Part shown: in pieces, positions 39,888-50,900 of the stretch
How positions within the stretch are numbered: the first letter of the stretch is position 1
Layout of the letters: each line of letters opens with the position of its first letter
From: an uncultured Gemmatimonadales bacterium
Lineage (GTDB): Bacteria; Gemmatimonadota; Gemmatimonadetes; Gemmatimonadales; GWC2-71-9
Assembly (NCBI GenBank): GCA_963730185.1
Contig: CAVSQW010000013.1
Coordinates: 1-64,000 of the forward strand
Direction of reading: 5' to 3'
DNA: 64,000 nt
The notes under the pieces: generated by a model
What the model saw: only the letters and a program-made list of their open reading frames with translations
What the model was told of the DNA's origin: nothing
The model's database searches: none
Made by a program: the position numbers and the translations under genes

Positions 39888-40771
39888 CCTTCCGGCCTCA
39901 CCGTGTAGAGGCCGCCGTCGAGGCGCCAGCGGCCTCCTTCCCGGACCAAGCGAAACCCGTCGTGCCCGCAGTGGCTCAACCGCTTCCCGACGTGGAATTG
40001 GTACGGACTCCAGACCAGCGCGATGTCGCCGTCGACCCGGACCACCGGGGCCATCAGCCGCTCGTGGAGCGCCTCCTTCGCTTGGGTCAGGGTTTCCGCG
40101 TCCTGACTGGCCGGCCGGCGGCGGAGGATGACGGCCCCGTTCCGGTAGGCCGCCGTGGTCCAGGTGGCCCGGGACGACACCGCCCGGCCCAGCAGCGCCG
40201 GGTCACGCTCGCGAAGGGCTACGAAGAAGCTGTCCAGCGCCGCCATCACCGCCGCGCGCTCCTCCGGTGAAGGGGCAGGGAGCGGGGGCGGCCCCGCGGC
40301 CACGGCGCGAACGGCCGGGCATCCGTCCGGCCGAGCGGTGTAGGCGCCGTTGGTGATCAGCCATCGCCCTTCCCGGCGAATCAGGTCGAACGAGTCGAAT
40401 CCGCAGTGCAGCACGGCGCCGCCACGGCTCACCTGATACGGTGCCCAGATCATCGCGACATCGCCGTCCTGCCACACGTCGGCGGCGAGCAAACGCTCCT
40501 CGGCCCGGTCGGTCGACGCCGCGACCCGGGCAAGCGAGGTTCGGAACGGCACGGAGACCACTCTCGGGGAGCCGTCGCGATGCACCACGGCCACCATGGT
40601 TGCCTGGGAGTCCACGGCGCGGGCCATCAGAGCGGTGTCGCCTGTCTTCATCCCGAGGAACAGACTGTCGACCGTGGCGAGGATCGCGGTCCGATCGGGC
40701 GCCTGCTGTGCTCCCAGGGCAGGCGCGCCCGCCAGGAGCAGACCGGCGAGCCATCGAGACGACGGGATCAT
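39872..40771 (-). CDS. Secreted protein with two tandem NTF2-like domains
   Basis: Signal peptide; duplicated DGD.A..W.PY...HCG.D.F.L.R..GRW...YT.RP.GCP. Confidence 0.85.
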   Translation of the reverse strand: MIPSSRWLAGLLLAGAPALGAQQAPDRTAILATVDSLFLGMKTGDTALMARAVDSQATMVAVVHRDGSPRVVSVPFRTSLARVAASTDRAEERLLAADVWQDGDVAMIWAPYQVSRGGAVLHCGFDSFDLIRREGRWLITNGAYTARPDGCPAVRAVAAGPPPLPAPSPEERAAVMAALDSFFVALRERDPALLGRAVSSRATWTTAAYRNGAVILRRRPASQDAETLTQAKEALHERLMAPVVRVDGDIALVWSPYQFHVGKRLSHCGHDGFRLVREGGRWRLDGGLYTVRPEGCPTR

Positions 40772-40932
40772 GCGGGCTCCGGAAATGAGGGACGGTTCGA
40801 GCTCGGGAAGGCGGCGCGACCGTCCAATAGTCCCGTCTCCCGGGCCCACGTCAAGCCCCAGGTCTGGCTTCGCCGAGGCTGGCCGGTACCTTTCCTCGTC
40901 GCTATCGATCGGTCCCGCTCTCGAGGTCGCCC

Positions 40933-42738
40933 ATGAAATCCCGCCGCGAGTTTCTGATCCGGGCCCCCGCCGGTTTGCTCGCCGTCGCCGCCGCGTGCCG
41001 CGGCCAGGGCCAAACACCCGAGGCGGCCGCGCCGGCCTCCGCACCGGGTTCGCCGCCGGCGTTCGGGACCCTGCCCCTGGCCGGCCCCGAGGTCTCTGTG
41101 GCCACCTTCGCCGAGGCCGAAAAGCTGGTGCAGGTGACCCTGACCGACGTCGAGCGGAAGATGGCCGCCGACAGCTGGCGGCGGTCGATGGCCGCGCTGC
41201 TCGAGCGCCGGGCCGGACCCCGCACCGTCGAGATCGGCGCCGCCACGGCGCCGGCCACGGAGTGGAATCCGATGCTCGCCGGCATTCCAACCCTGCCGGC
41301 CCGGGACCGCTTCGTGCCGAGCCGGGTGGATCCCGGCTCTTTGCCGGCGACCGACGACGCGATCGCGTTCGCGCCGGTCGCGCACCTCGGCCACTGGATT
41401 CGGACCCGGCAGCTCACCTCGGCGCGGCTGACGACGATTTACCTGGACCGGATCCAGCGCTACGACCCCAAGCTCCACTGCGTGATCACGCTGATGCGCG
41501 ACTCGGCGCTGGCTCAGGCCAAGGCCGCCGACACGGAGATCGCGGCGGGCACGTACCGCGGCCCACTCCACGGCATTCCCTGGGGCGCCAAGGACCTGCT
41601 CGATACGGCCGGCGTCCGGACCACGTACGGCGCCGCGCCCTTCAAGGACCGGGTGCCGAACGCCAACGCGACGGTGGTCGACCGGCTGAACGCCGCCGGC
41701 GCCGTGCTGGTCGCCAAGCTGAGCCTGGGCGCGTTGGCATTGAACGACATCTGGTTCGGCGGGCAGACGATGAATCCGTGGCTCCTCGAGGAGGGCTCGT
41801 CGGGCTCGAGCGCCGGGCCCGGCGCCGCGACGGCGGCCGGCCTGGTGGGCTTCGCGGTGGGCAGCGAGACCGGCGGGAGCATCATCGGTCCGAGCATGCG
41901 TTGCGGGGTGGCCGGACTCAGGCCGACCTACGGCCGGGTCCCGCGGACCGGAGCGATGACGCTCTGCTGGTCGCTCGACAAGCTCGGGCCGATGACCCGG
42001 GGAGTCGAAGACACAATGCTGGTGCTCCAGGCGATCACTGGTCCCGATCCGGGCGACGTCGGCAGCGTCCCCAGCCGGCTGGACTACGACGCCGGCCAGT
42101 CGGTCGCGGGGCTGAAGGTGGGCTACCTGCCGGCCTGGATGAAGGAGGCCCCCGCCACGGACGTGGACCGGGCCGCCCTCGAGTCGCTCCGGGCGCTGGG
42201 TCTCACCCCCACGGAAGTGAGCTTCCCGGACTGGCCCTATGGCTCGCTCAGCCTGATCCTGTTCGCCGAAGCCGCGGCTGCATTCGAGGAGCTCACCCTC
42301 AGCGGTCGGGACGATCAGCTCACGGCCCAGGTCGCCGACGCCTGGCCCAACCTTTTCCGCGAGGCCCGGTTCCTCTCCGCGGTGGACTTCGTGCAGGCCG
42401 ACCGACTCCGCCGGATGGTGGCCCGCGAGATGGCCCGGGTCTTCTCGGAAGTGGACCTGCTGCTCGTGCCGTCGCTCCGGGACGAGGGGCTCACGATCTT
42501 CAACTTCACCGGGCATCCCTCGCTCACCATCCGGACCGGGTTCGTCGAGGTGAGTCAGGCCCGAAGCGACTGGGCGCCCGACCCGGCGCACCCGCTCCCG
42601 ACTTTCTCGCCGCCCCGGAGGGTGCCGCACGGGGTGACCTTGATCGGGCGGCTGTTCGACGAAGGGACGCTCGGTCGGGTCGGGGTTGCCCTGGAGGGCA
42701 AGGCCGGCGTGGCGGCCGAGCACCCGCCCGGCTTCTAG
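40933..42738 (+). CDS. Amidase-signature enzyme, Tat-exported (possible lipoprotein)
   Basis: SRREFL Tat motif; AAA-C; GPLHGIPWGAKD, GSSAG and GSETGGSI. Confidence 0.93.
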   Translation: MKSRREFLIRAPAGLLAVAAACRGQGQTPEAAAPASAPGSPPAFGTLPLAGPEVSVATFAEAEKLVQVTLTDVERKMAADSWRRSMAALLERRAGPRTVEIGAATAPATEWNPMLAGIPTLPARDRFVPSRVDPGSLPATDDAIAFAPVAHLGHWIRTRQLTSARLTTIYLDRIQRYDPKLHCVITLMRDSALAQAKAADTEIAAGTYRGPLHGIPWGAKDLLDTAGVRTTYGAAPFKDRVPNANATVVDRLNAAGAVLVAKLSLGALALNDIWFGGQTMNPWLLEEGSSGSSAGPGAATAAGLVGFAVGSETGGSIIGPSMRCGVAGLRPTYGRVPRTGAMTLCWSLDKLGPMTRGVEDTMLVLQAITGPDPGDVGSVPSRLDYDAGQSVAGLKVGYLPAWMKEAPATDVDRAALESLRALGLTPTEVSFPDWPYGSLSLILFAEAAAAFEELTLSGRDDQLTAQVADAWPNLFREARFLSAVDFVQADRLRRMVAREMARVFSEVDLLLVPSLRDEGLTIFNFTGHPSLTIRTGFVEVSQARSDWAPDPAHPLPTFSPPRRVPHGVTLIGRLFDEGTLGRVGVALEGKAGVAAEHPPGF

Positions 42739-42848
42739 GGGTCGAGTCTGCCACCCGGCCGGCGGTCACCCCGTACAGTGTCGACCCGGGGTGCCCGTGA
42801 CCGGTCCAATCGCGTATGCTTGGAGGTACTCCCCGGCCCGAGAAGACC

Positions 42849-43826
42849 ATGACGGTGCCAGACCAGCTGTGCTCCCGCTGCTCCGCTTCGCTTTCGGGTG
42901 ACGCCGTCTACTGCCATCGCTGCGGTGTCGGCGTCATGGCCGCCGCCACCGGCGAGTACGAGGTGTACGACCTCGATCGCTTCTTCAACTATGCCCTCGA
43001 TCTCCTCTGCATCGCCGGCACCGACGGCTACTTCAAGAGGGTCAATCCCGCCTTCACCCGGACCCTCGGCTTCTCGGCGGAAGAGCTCTTGTCACGGCCC
43101 TTCACCGAGTTCGTTCACCCGGACGACCGGACCGATACCGTGGCCGAGACCGGCAAGCTCTCGTCGGGCGCCCCGACCCTTTCGTTCGAGAACCGGTATC
43201 TGTGCAAGGACGGAGGCTACCGGGACCTTCGGTGGACCTCGTTTCCCGAGCCCGCAACCGGCCTGCTCTACGCGGTGGCCCACGACGTTACCGATCTCAA
43301 GCGGCGCCAGGACCAGCGCGACACCCTCACCGGCCTGGCCTCGATGCGGGCGTTCGAACAGACCCTGCCTCAGGAATGGAGCCGGGCCCGGCGACTCCAG
43401 GCTCCACTCACCCTGGCCGTGTTCGATCTGGATCGGTTCGAGCAGTTCAATGCGAAGCACGGGTTCGAGGCCGGCGATCGGTTGCTGGTCGGGGTGAGCG
43501 GCCTGCTCGCCGGGCACGCTCGCCGGGCCGGCGACCTGGCCGCCCGGATCGGCGGGCAGCGGTTCGCCCAAGTTCTGCAGGGCCGATTCACGCCGGCTGA
43601 GGCGCTGGCGTTTTGCGAGGCGATCCGAGCGGAGGTCGCCGAGTTGGTCGTTCCCCATCCGGGTCCGGAGCCGCTGTCGCCCCTTACGATCAGCGCCGGT
43701 GTCGCCACCATGGTGCCGGCCGACCCGGCCACCCACCGGCATCTGCTGGCCGCGGCGGAGGCTGCCCTGGCTCAGGCCAAGCTCCGCCGCGATTGTGTCG
43801 TGCTCGCCTCACCCCCGGTCCCCTAG
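42849..43826 (+). CDS. Zn-ribbon-PAS-degenerate GGDEF domain protein
   Basis: CSRC...CHRC; PAS (VNPAF...VHPDD...ENRY); DTLTGL; RAGD I-site; GGQRF. Confidence 0.88.
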   Translation: MTVPDQLCSRCSASLSGDAVYCHRCGVGVMAAATGEYEVYDLDRFFNYALDLLCIAGTDGYFKRVNPAFTRTLGFSAEELLSRPFTEFVHPDDRTDTVAETGKLSSGAPTLSFENRYLCKDGGYRDLRWTSFPEPATGLLYAVAHDVTDLKRRQDQRDTLTGLASMRAFEQTLPQEWSRARRLQAPLTLAVFDLDRFEQFNAKHGFEAGDRLLVGVSGLLAGHARRAGDLAARIGGQRFAQVLQGRFTPAEALAFCEAIRAEVAELVVPHPGPEPLSPLTISAGVATMVPADPATHRHLLAAAEAALAQAKLRRDCVVLASPPVP

Positions 43827-43851
43827 ACGCTGGTGGGCCCGGGGCGGCGAT

Positions 43852-45474
43852 TCAGGGGCGGTGGTCGAGCCCTCCCTCCATCAGGACCCAGGAATTTGGA
43901 TCAAGGGTTACCGACGACGGTTCCCGATCGGAGGCGAGCTGAAACGCTCCCAGGGCTCCGGTCAGCTCGATCCGCTCGATCCGGGCGCCGGCGTCGCCGG
44001 GATAGCGGATCCCCACCTCGATCGGCACTCGGAACGGCTCCCCCGCCTGGGTCTGCTTCAGCGCGATCTCGATCCGATGAGCGGCCGGGTCGTAGTGCCA
44101 GTCGCCTTGGAGGTTCGGGACCCCCGATCGGGCCAGCCATTGCTGGAAGAACCATCCCAGGTTCCGTCCCGAGGTCTCTTCCATGACCTGGCGAAAATCG
44201 TCGGTCGAGGAATTGGCGTCGCGGTACCGGCGATAGTAGGCTCGGATTCCCCGCCAGAAGACGTCGGTCCCGAGGATGCCCCGGAGCAGGTGCAGGGTCC
44301 AAGCGCCCTTCTGGTACGTCTGGGTGCTGGTGACCTGCCGCATGTCCGTCAAGTTCGCGTGGACGACGCGATAGCCGGGATGCTTGGCATCGTAGTCGAG
44401 CACCATGGCGCGGCTCTTCTCGAGCCCTTCGACGAAGGCGTCCCGGCCCGCGTCGTATTCCGTGAACAGCAGGGTGAAATAGGTGGCGAACCCTTCGCTC
44501 AGCCAGACGTCGTTCCAGTCGCGCTCGGTGACGGCGTTGCCGAACCACTGGTGGGCGATCTCGTGGACGACGACCTCCCGGGCTCGTGGGGTGCCGATCA
44601 GCCGCTGGGTGTAACCGATGGCGGAGGCCGCCTCCATGCCGCCGCCCGCCGCCACCGACTCCACGTTGGCCAGCTTCTCGTACGAGTAGGGCCCGACCCG
44701 CTCGCCGAAGAACCGGAGGGCCGCCGCCGTGGGGCCGTTGAAATCGGCGAATCCCTGGTCCCGGTCCTGGGGGTACACCCAGGCCTGAATCGGGATGCCG
44801 TCGATGACTCCGGGGTGATCGACCGCATAGCCCGCGACACCGAGGGTCTGGAGCCAGGTGGCGATCGGGACCGACTCCTGCCAGTGGGTGCGACGGAATC
44901 CGTTGCCGAGGTCGGTTTCCTCCACCAGTCGGCCGTTGGAGACGACCTGATAGTGGCTGGGTGCCGTGACGATGAACTCGGAGGTGGCCTTGTCGTAGGG
45001 GTGGTCGATCCCAACCAGCCAGTGGTGGGCGAGATCGGGCCAGTTGTCGCTGGAGAAGGTTCGATCGCCGAACTTGTCGGGACGGATCTGGAGGCCGGTG
45101 TCCGGCACGCCGTGGTACCGGATGGCCACCCGGGCCCGCGCGTCGGCCGTGCCGGGCCGGCGGAGGGTGATGGCCAGCCGGTCGCCGGCGTGATGGTAGG
45201 TCAACGGCCCGACCGAGTCGCGAACCTGGTCGACGACCATGCCGCGCCCCGAGGCGTCGCGGCCCGAGAGATCCAAGACCACCTGATCCCGGCCGGGCGC
45301 CAGGAATCGAAATTCAACGACGGCGTCCATCCGAATCTGGTCGGAGCTGTCCGAGAGCGCGATCGCATAGCGGTAGTGGAGCACGTCGAGGTCCGGGCGC
45401 CGCGGATATCGGTCGGACGGGGGCGACCAGAGAGCCAGCGTCGCGGTCGAGCACCACAGCCACCAGCCGGGCAT
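43852..45474 (-). CDS. M1 family aminopeptidase, secreted
   Basis: GGMEA; HEIAH-X18-E (WLSEG); YQKG. Confidence 0.94.
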   Translation of the reverse strand: MPGWWLWCSTATLALWSPPSDRYPRRPDLDVLHYRYAIALSDSSDQIRMDAVVEFRFLAPGRDQVVLDLSGRDASGRGMVVDQVRDSVGPLTYHHAGDRLAITLRRPGTADARARVAIRYHGVPDTGLQIRPDKFGDRTFSSDNWPDLAHHWLVGIDHPYDKATSEFIVTAPSHYQVVSNGRLVEETDLGNGFRRTHWQESVPIATWLQTLGVAGYAVDHPGVIDGIPIQAWVYPQDRDQGFADFNGPTAAALRFFGERVGPYSYEKLANVESVAAGGGMEAASAIGYTQRLIGTPRAREVVVHEIAHQWFGNAVTERDWNDVWLSEGFATYFTLLFTEYDAGRDAFVEGLEKSRAMVLDYDAKHPGYRVVHANLTDMRQVTSTQTYQKGAWTLHLLRGILGTDVFWRGIRAYYRRYRDANSSTDDFRQVMEETSGRNLGWFFQQWLARSGVPNLQGDWHYDPAAHRIEIALKQTQAGEPFRVPIEVGIRYPGDAGARIERIELTGALGAFQLASDREPSSVTLDPNSWVLMEGGLDHRP

Positions 45475-45525
45475 GCCTGCCTCCTCCCAAGGGGGGACGG
45501 GACCTCGCCCCGCCGAGCGAGAGAC

Positions 45526-47079
45526 TCAGTTGAGCGGCGGGGTCGTCGTCGGTGGGCGGCGGTGGTGGGTGGCCTGCTCGTACCCATACGCCAAGCGGAT
45601 CAGCACCGACTCGGCCCACGGCCTCCCGAAGAACTGCAGCCCGGCCGGTAGCCGCCCGCCCCGGGTGTATCCCATCGGCACCGTGATCGCGGGGAAGCCG
45701 GTGCTGGGCGAGAACAGCTGGTTGTTGTCGCCCGGCGGGGTGTTGAGGTCACCGATCAAGCGGGGCGGGTTGCTCCAGGTCGGGTACACCAGGGCGTCCA
45801 GCCGGTTCTTGGTCATCACGTCGAGCACGCCCTGTCGCAGCTTGGCCCGGAATTCGTCCCGGCGGGCGCAGGCCGGGTTGTCTTCCGGCTCCACGTCGAC
45901 CGCTTCGGCGGCGGTGAGTCGCGCCTCGATGGACGGGTGGAAGCGACGCGACTTGATGATGTCGGCGAGCGACTTCATCGGCACCTTGTCCCCATGACTT
46001 GCCAGCCAGGCGTTGAGGTCGTGCTTGAACGGAAAGCACGATCCCCGCGCGGCCCGGCGCCAGTCGTCCAGGCTGTCGACGGCGACGGGGTCGACGATCT
46101 GGGCGCCCTGGCGGCGGAGGTCGTCGAGCGCGGCGGCGAAGAGGGCCCGGATCTCCGGGTCGGTGGTCGGGGTGTCGTATGCTTGATGGAGCACGCCGAT
46201 CCGGGCGCCCTTCAAACCGTCCCGGACCAGCGCGGCGGCGTAGTCGACCGGCGGATGGTCGCGGGCAGCGGCGGTTACCGGATCGTTCGGGTCGGCGCCC
46301 ACCACCACTTGGAACACGGCGACGGCGTCGGCCACGGTGCGGGCCATGGGTCCGGCGATGTCGGCGGCCAGGCTGAGCGGGACGATTCCGGCCCGGCTGG
46401 TGAGTCCCATGGTGGACCGGATCCCGACCAGCGCCTGGTGGGACGAGGGGCCTCGGATGGAGTTGCCGGTGTCGGTGCCGAGCCCGGCCGCGCCGTAGCT
46501 GGCCGCGACGGCGGCGGCGGTCCCGCCGCTCGAGCCCGCCGTGACCCGGTCGAGCGCGTAGGGGTTCTTCGTGTATCCCGGCAGGATGGAGCTCACCGTC
46601 TCGTAGGGGCTGAAGGCGAACTCGGCCATGTTCGACTTGGCCAGCACGATGGCGCCGGCGGCCTTGATTCGGGCCACCTCGAAGGCGTCCCGGTCGGAGA
46701 CGAATCCTTGGAGCGACAGCGACCCCGCGCTGGTCTGGAGGCCGATGGTCTCGAAGTTCTCCTTCACGATCATCGGGACGCAGTGGAGCGAGCCGACCGG
46801 GCCGCCCTGCCGGTAGCGCCGGTCGAGCGAGTCGGCCGTGGCCAGCGCGGCGGGGTTCACCGTCACGATGGCATTGATCGCCGGCCCGTTCTTGTCGTAG
46901 GCTTCGATCCGGCGGAGATAGACCTGGACCAGCGCGTGGCAGGTGAGCGAGCCGTCATGGAACGCGGCTTCGATCGAGGCGATGGTGGCCTCTTCGACCG
47001 GGAAGGTCGGGGGCGTCTGGGCGGCGAGCGGTCCGGCCGCGAGGGCCAGGCCGAGAGCGAGCGGGATGGGTCGGGGCAT
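45526..47079 (-). CDS. Amidase-signature enzyme, secreted
   Basis: Signal peptide; VKEN, GSSGG and GTDTGNSIR. Confidence 0.94.
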   Translation of the reverse strand: MPRPIPLALGLALAAGPLAAQTPPTFPVEEATIASIEAAFHDGSLTCHALVQVYLRRIEAYDKNGPAINAIVTVNPAALATADSLDRRYRQGGPVGSLHCVPMIVKENFETIGLQTSAGSLSLQGFVSDRDAFEVARIKAAGAIVLAKSNMAEFAFSPYETVSSILPGYTKNPYALDRVTAGSSGGTAAAVAASYGAAGLGTDTGNSIRGPSSHQALVGIRSTMGLTSRAGIVPLSLAADIAGPMARTVADAVAVFQVVVGADPNDPVTAAARDHPPVDYAAALVRDGLKGARIGVLHQAYDTPTTDPEIRALFAAALDDLRRQGAQIVDPVAVDSLDDWRRAARGSCFPFKHDLNAWLASHGDKVPMKSLADIIKSRRFHPSIEARLTAAEAVDVEPEDNPACARRDEFRAKLRQGVLDVMTKNRLDALVYPTWSNPPRLIGDLNTPPGDNNQLFSPSTGFPAITVPMGYTRGGRLPAGLQFFGRPWAESVLIRLAYGYEQATHHRRPPTTTPPLN

Positions 47080-47196
47080 GCCGCAAGATCGTCCTGACCG
47101 GCGCGGTGGGCAAACGCCGGCGCGACGGACGGAACCGGTGGGGTGGGGGCCGCGTTGGTGAAACAGGTCGCGGGCGGGTCATCTCCGGGGGAGCGC

Positions 47197-47871
47197 ATGG
47201 GCAAGGGTTGGCGCTGGTGGCGGATCGCGGGCCTTGCTCTGGTGATCCTGGTGGTCGTCGCCCTGGCGGTCCGGAGCGGGACCGTGGTGGACCGGGCGAC
47301 CGCTCTCATCCGCGCCTCGGCCCGGGGCGACCGGGGTGGCGGTGCCGAGGCGATGGTGTACCTGCTGGCGGCCGGCTTCACCTTCCTGGCCGTGCTCCTG
47401 CCGCTCCCGGCCGAGGCGGCGGCGCTGCTCAACGGGACCCTCTTCCCTCCGGCGACGGCCTTCGCCCTCACCTGGGGGGCCGCGATGCTGGGCGCCGCGG
47501 CCTCCTACGAGATCGGCCGCTGGGCGGGGCGTCCGCCCGCCGTGCGCCTCTTCGGCGCCGAGCGGCTCCAGCGGGTGGAGCGGCTGGTGGACCGGGCCGG
47601 CTGGCCTACCCTGCTGGCGCTTCGGCTCTCGCCGGTCATGGCCTTCACCGCGATCAATTGGGCCAGCGGCATTCTGGCGCTCTCCCGGCCGGTGTTCTAT
47701 TGGACCGTGGCTGCCGGCCTGGTGCCCGGTACCTTCGTCTTTTCGGTGGTGCCGGAGATCCTGGAGCGGGGAAGCTCGGTGGCCGGGCTAATCGCCCTGG
47801 CCGTCGCGGTCATGGCGGGCCTCTTCGGGCTCTCGTACGTCCGGCTTCGGCGGGTGGGACGGGGGTCCTGA
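47197..47871 (+). CDS. VTT/DedA (TVP38-like) membrane protein
   Basis: LPLPAE, SYEIGRWAG and LRLSPVMAF...INWASG. Confidence 0.88.
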   Translation: MGKGWRWWRIAGLALVILVVVALAVRSGTVVDRATALIRASARGDRGGGAEAMVYLLAAGFTFLAVLLPLPAEAAALLNGTLFPPATAFALTWGAAMLGAAASYEIGRWAGRPPAVRLFGAERLQRVERLVDRAGWPTLLALRLSPVMAFTAINWASGILALSRPVFYWTVAAGLVPGTFVFSVVPEILERGSSVAGLIALAVAVMAGLFGLSYVRLRRVGRGS

Positions 47872-47989
47872 TCGGCTTGCGTTGACCCCCGGCCTGCCCT
47901 ACATCTATCCATTCCACCATGTGTACTTCCCACGAGACACCCGCCGCGCTGAGGCGGCGCGAAGGTGCCCCGTTCGCTCGAGGCTTCCC

Positions 47990-50900
47990 ATGATCGTTCG
48001 TGTTGCTCGACTCCTCGCTCCGGCCCTGTTGCTCACGGCAGCGCCGGTCCTCGCCCAATCCACCATCGACAGCTCGGCATTCAAGTCGCTGAGTTGGCGC
48101 AATATCGGCCCCCAGCGCGGCGGTCGATCGGTTGCCGTCGCCGGCTCCGCCGCCCGGCCCCAGGAGTACTACATGGGGACCACCGGCGGCGGGGTGTTCA
48201 AGACGACCGACGGCGGGGACGACTGGGCCCCGGTGAGCGACAAGTACTTCGGTGGCTCGATCGGGGCGATCGCGGTGTCCGAGTCGAACCCCGACATCGT
48301 GTACGTGGGTGGGGGCGAGTTTCCGATCCGGGGCAACCTCTCGCACGGCGACGGCGTCTACAAGACGACCGACGGCGGGAAGACCTGGCGGTACATGGGG
48401 CTGATCGAGACCCGCCACATCGCCAAGATCAAGATCAGTCCGACCAACCCCGACGTCGTGTACGTGGCGGCGCTGGGCAAGGTGTTCGAGACCAGTCCTG
48501 ATCGGGGGGTCTACAAGTCGGTCGACGGTGGCGAGAGCTGGAAGAAGGTGCTCTTTCGCGACGACACGACCGGCGCCGTCGACCTGGTGATGGATCCGAA
48601 TAATCCCGACGTGCTCTACGCCGGCCTCTGGACCGCCTATCGCCGGCCCTGGACCATGGTGAGCGGCGGGACCGGAAGCGGGCTCTTCAAGTCCACGGAC
48701 GGCGGGGAGACCTGGAAGGAAATCACCCGGAACCCGGGCCTTCCCAAAGGCCTGATCGGTAACGTCGGGATCACGGTGTCGCCGGCCAACTCGAAGCGGC
48801 TCTACGCCATCGTCGAGGCCGACGAGGGCGGGGTGTTCCGCTCCGACGATGCCGGCGCCACCTGGACCCGGGTTAACGCCGAGCGGAAGCTCCGGCAGCG
48901 GGCCTGGTACTACAGCCGGATCTTCGCGGACCCCAAGGACGAGAACGGGGTCTACGTGCTCAACGTCCAGTTCTGGAAGTCCACCGACGGGGGCCGCACC
49001 TTCCCCCGGCCGTATCGGAGCCATCACGGCGACAACCACGATCTCTGGGTCGCCTCCAACAACCCCCAGCGGATGATTCTCGGCAACGACGGCGGCGCCG
49101 AGGTGACGGTGAACGGCGGCCGGAGTTGGAGCGACGTGGACTATCCCACGGCCCAGTTCTACCACGTCACCACGACCAACAACTTTCCCTACCGGGTCTG
49201 CGGGGCGCAGCAGGACAACAGCACGGTCTGCATGTCGAGCGTCCCGGAGCGGGGAACCGAGTACGCCGACTTCTTCGACGTGGGCGGCGGCGAGTCGGGC
49301 TACATCGCGGTCCGGCCGGACAACCCCGACATCGTGTTCGCCGGGAGCTACGGCGGGCTGCTGACCCGGACCGACCTCCGGAGCGGCTTCTCACGCGACG
49401 TGAACGCCTGGCCCCTGAATCCGATGGGGCATTCGGCGATCGACTCGAAGTACCGCTTCCAGTGGACCTTTCCGATCGTCTTCTCGCCCTTCGATCCCAA
49501 CACCCTCTACGTGGGCTCGAGCGTGGTGTTCAAGTCCACCAACGAGGGCGAGAGCTGGACCGCGATCTCGCCCGACCTGACCCGGCACGATCCGGCCACG
49601 CTCGGTCCCTCGGGCGGGCCGATCACCAAGGACCAGACCAGCGTCGAGTACTACGCCACCGTCTTCACCATCGTCGAGTCGCCGGTGGAGAGAGGGGTGA
49701 TCTGGGCGGGGTCGGACGACGGCCTGGTGCACGTGACCCGGGACGACGGCAAGACCTGGACGAACGTCACGCCTCCCGGTCTTCCCAAGTGGGCCCGGAT
49801 CTCGATCATCGATGCCTCGCCCCACGCCAAGGGCGCCGCCTACCTGGCGGCCAACATGTTCCAGCTGGGCGACTTTTCGCCCTATCTCTACAAGACCAGC
49901 GATTACGGCGCGACCTGGACCCGGATCGATCAGGGGATCACGCCGACCGAGTTCACCCGGGTCATCCGTGAGGACCCGGTCCGCCGCGGGCTGCTCTTCG
50001 CGGGCACCGAGCGCGGGGTGTGGGTCTCGTTCGACGACGGCGGCGCGTGGCAGCCGCTCCAGCTCAACCTGCCGCCGGTGCCGGTCCACGACCTGACCGT
50101 CAAGGACAACGACGTGGTGATCGCGACCCACGGCCGGGGCTTCTGGATCCTGGACGACATCTCGCCGCTCCGGCAGGTCACCTCGGCGGTGACGGCATCC
50201 GACGCGCACCTCTTCCAGCCGGTCGACGCCTACCGGACTTTCGGGCGGGCGGACGTCCACTACTGGCTGAAGCGGGGCGGCCAGAAGGTCACCCTGGAGT
50301 TCCTGGACGGGCAGGGGAAGGTGATCCACGCCTTCACCAGCGATCCCGATCCCAAGTGGATCGCCGACAGCACCGCGATGGCCAAGGCCGAGTCGGCCAC
50401 CCGCGACAGCCTGATCGCGCTCGGCGTGCAGCCGGCCAGCTTGAAGAGCGACGAGCCCGAGGGCGGGCGGAACCGCTTCGAGGGCGGCTGGCGGCCGACC
50501 CGTCCGGAGAGCGCCCCCAACAAGAAGGGGATGAACACCTTCCACTGGAACATGCGCTATCCGGAGCCGTCGGCGTTCCAGGGGCTGATCATGTGGGCGG
50601 CCGGCGTCTTCGGGCCGCAGGCGCCTCCGGGCGCCTACACCGTCCGGCTGACCGTGGGCGACAAGGCCGAGACCCAGCCCTTCAAGCTGCTCAAGGACCC
50701 GCGGTCCCAGGCGACCCAGGCCGATCTCGACGAGCAGTTCCAGTTCCTGATGAAGATCCGGGACGAGACCAGCAAGGCCAACGACGCGGTCAAGACGATC
50801 CGGAACGTGAAGGCCCAGCTGGCCAACCGGGTCTCGCGGGCGCCGGCGGGACGGTCCACGGCGCTCGAGCGCCTGGTCAATCCGCTGGTGGAGCAGCTGA

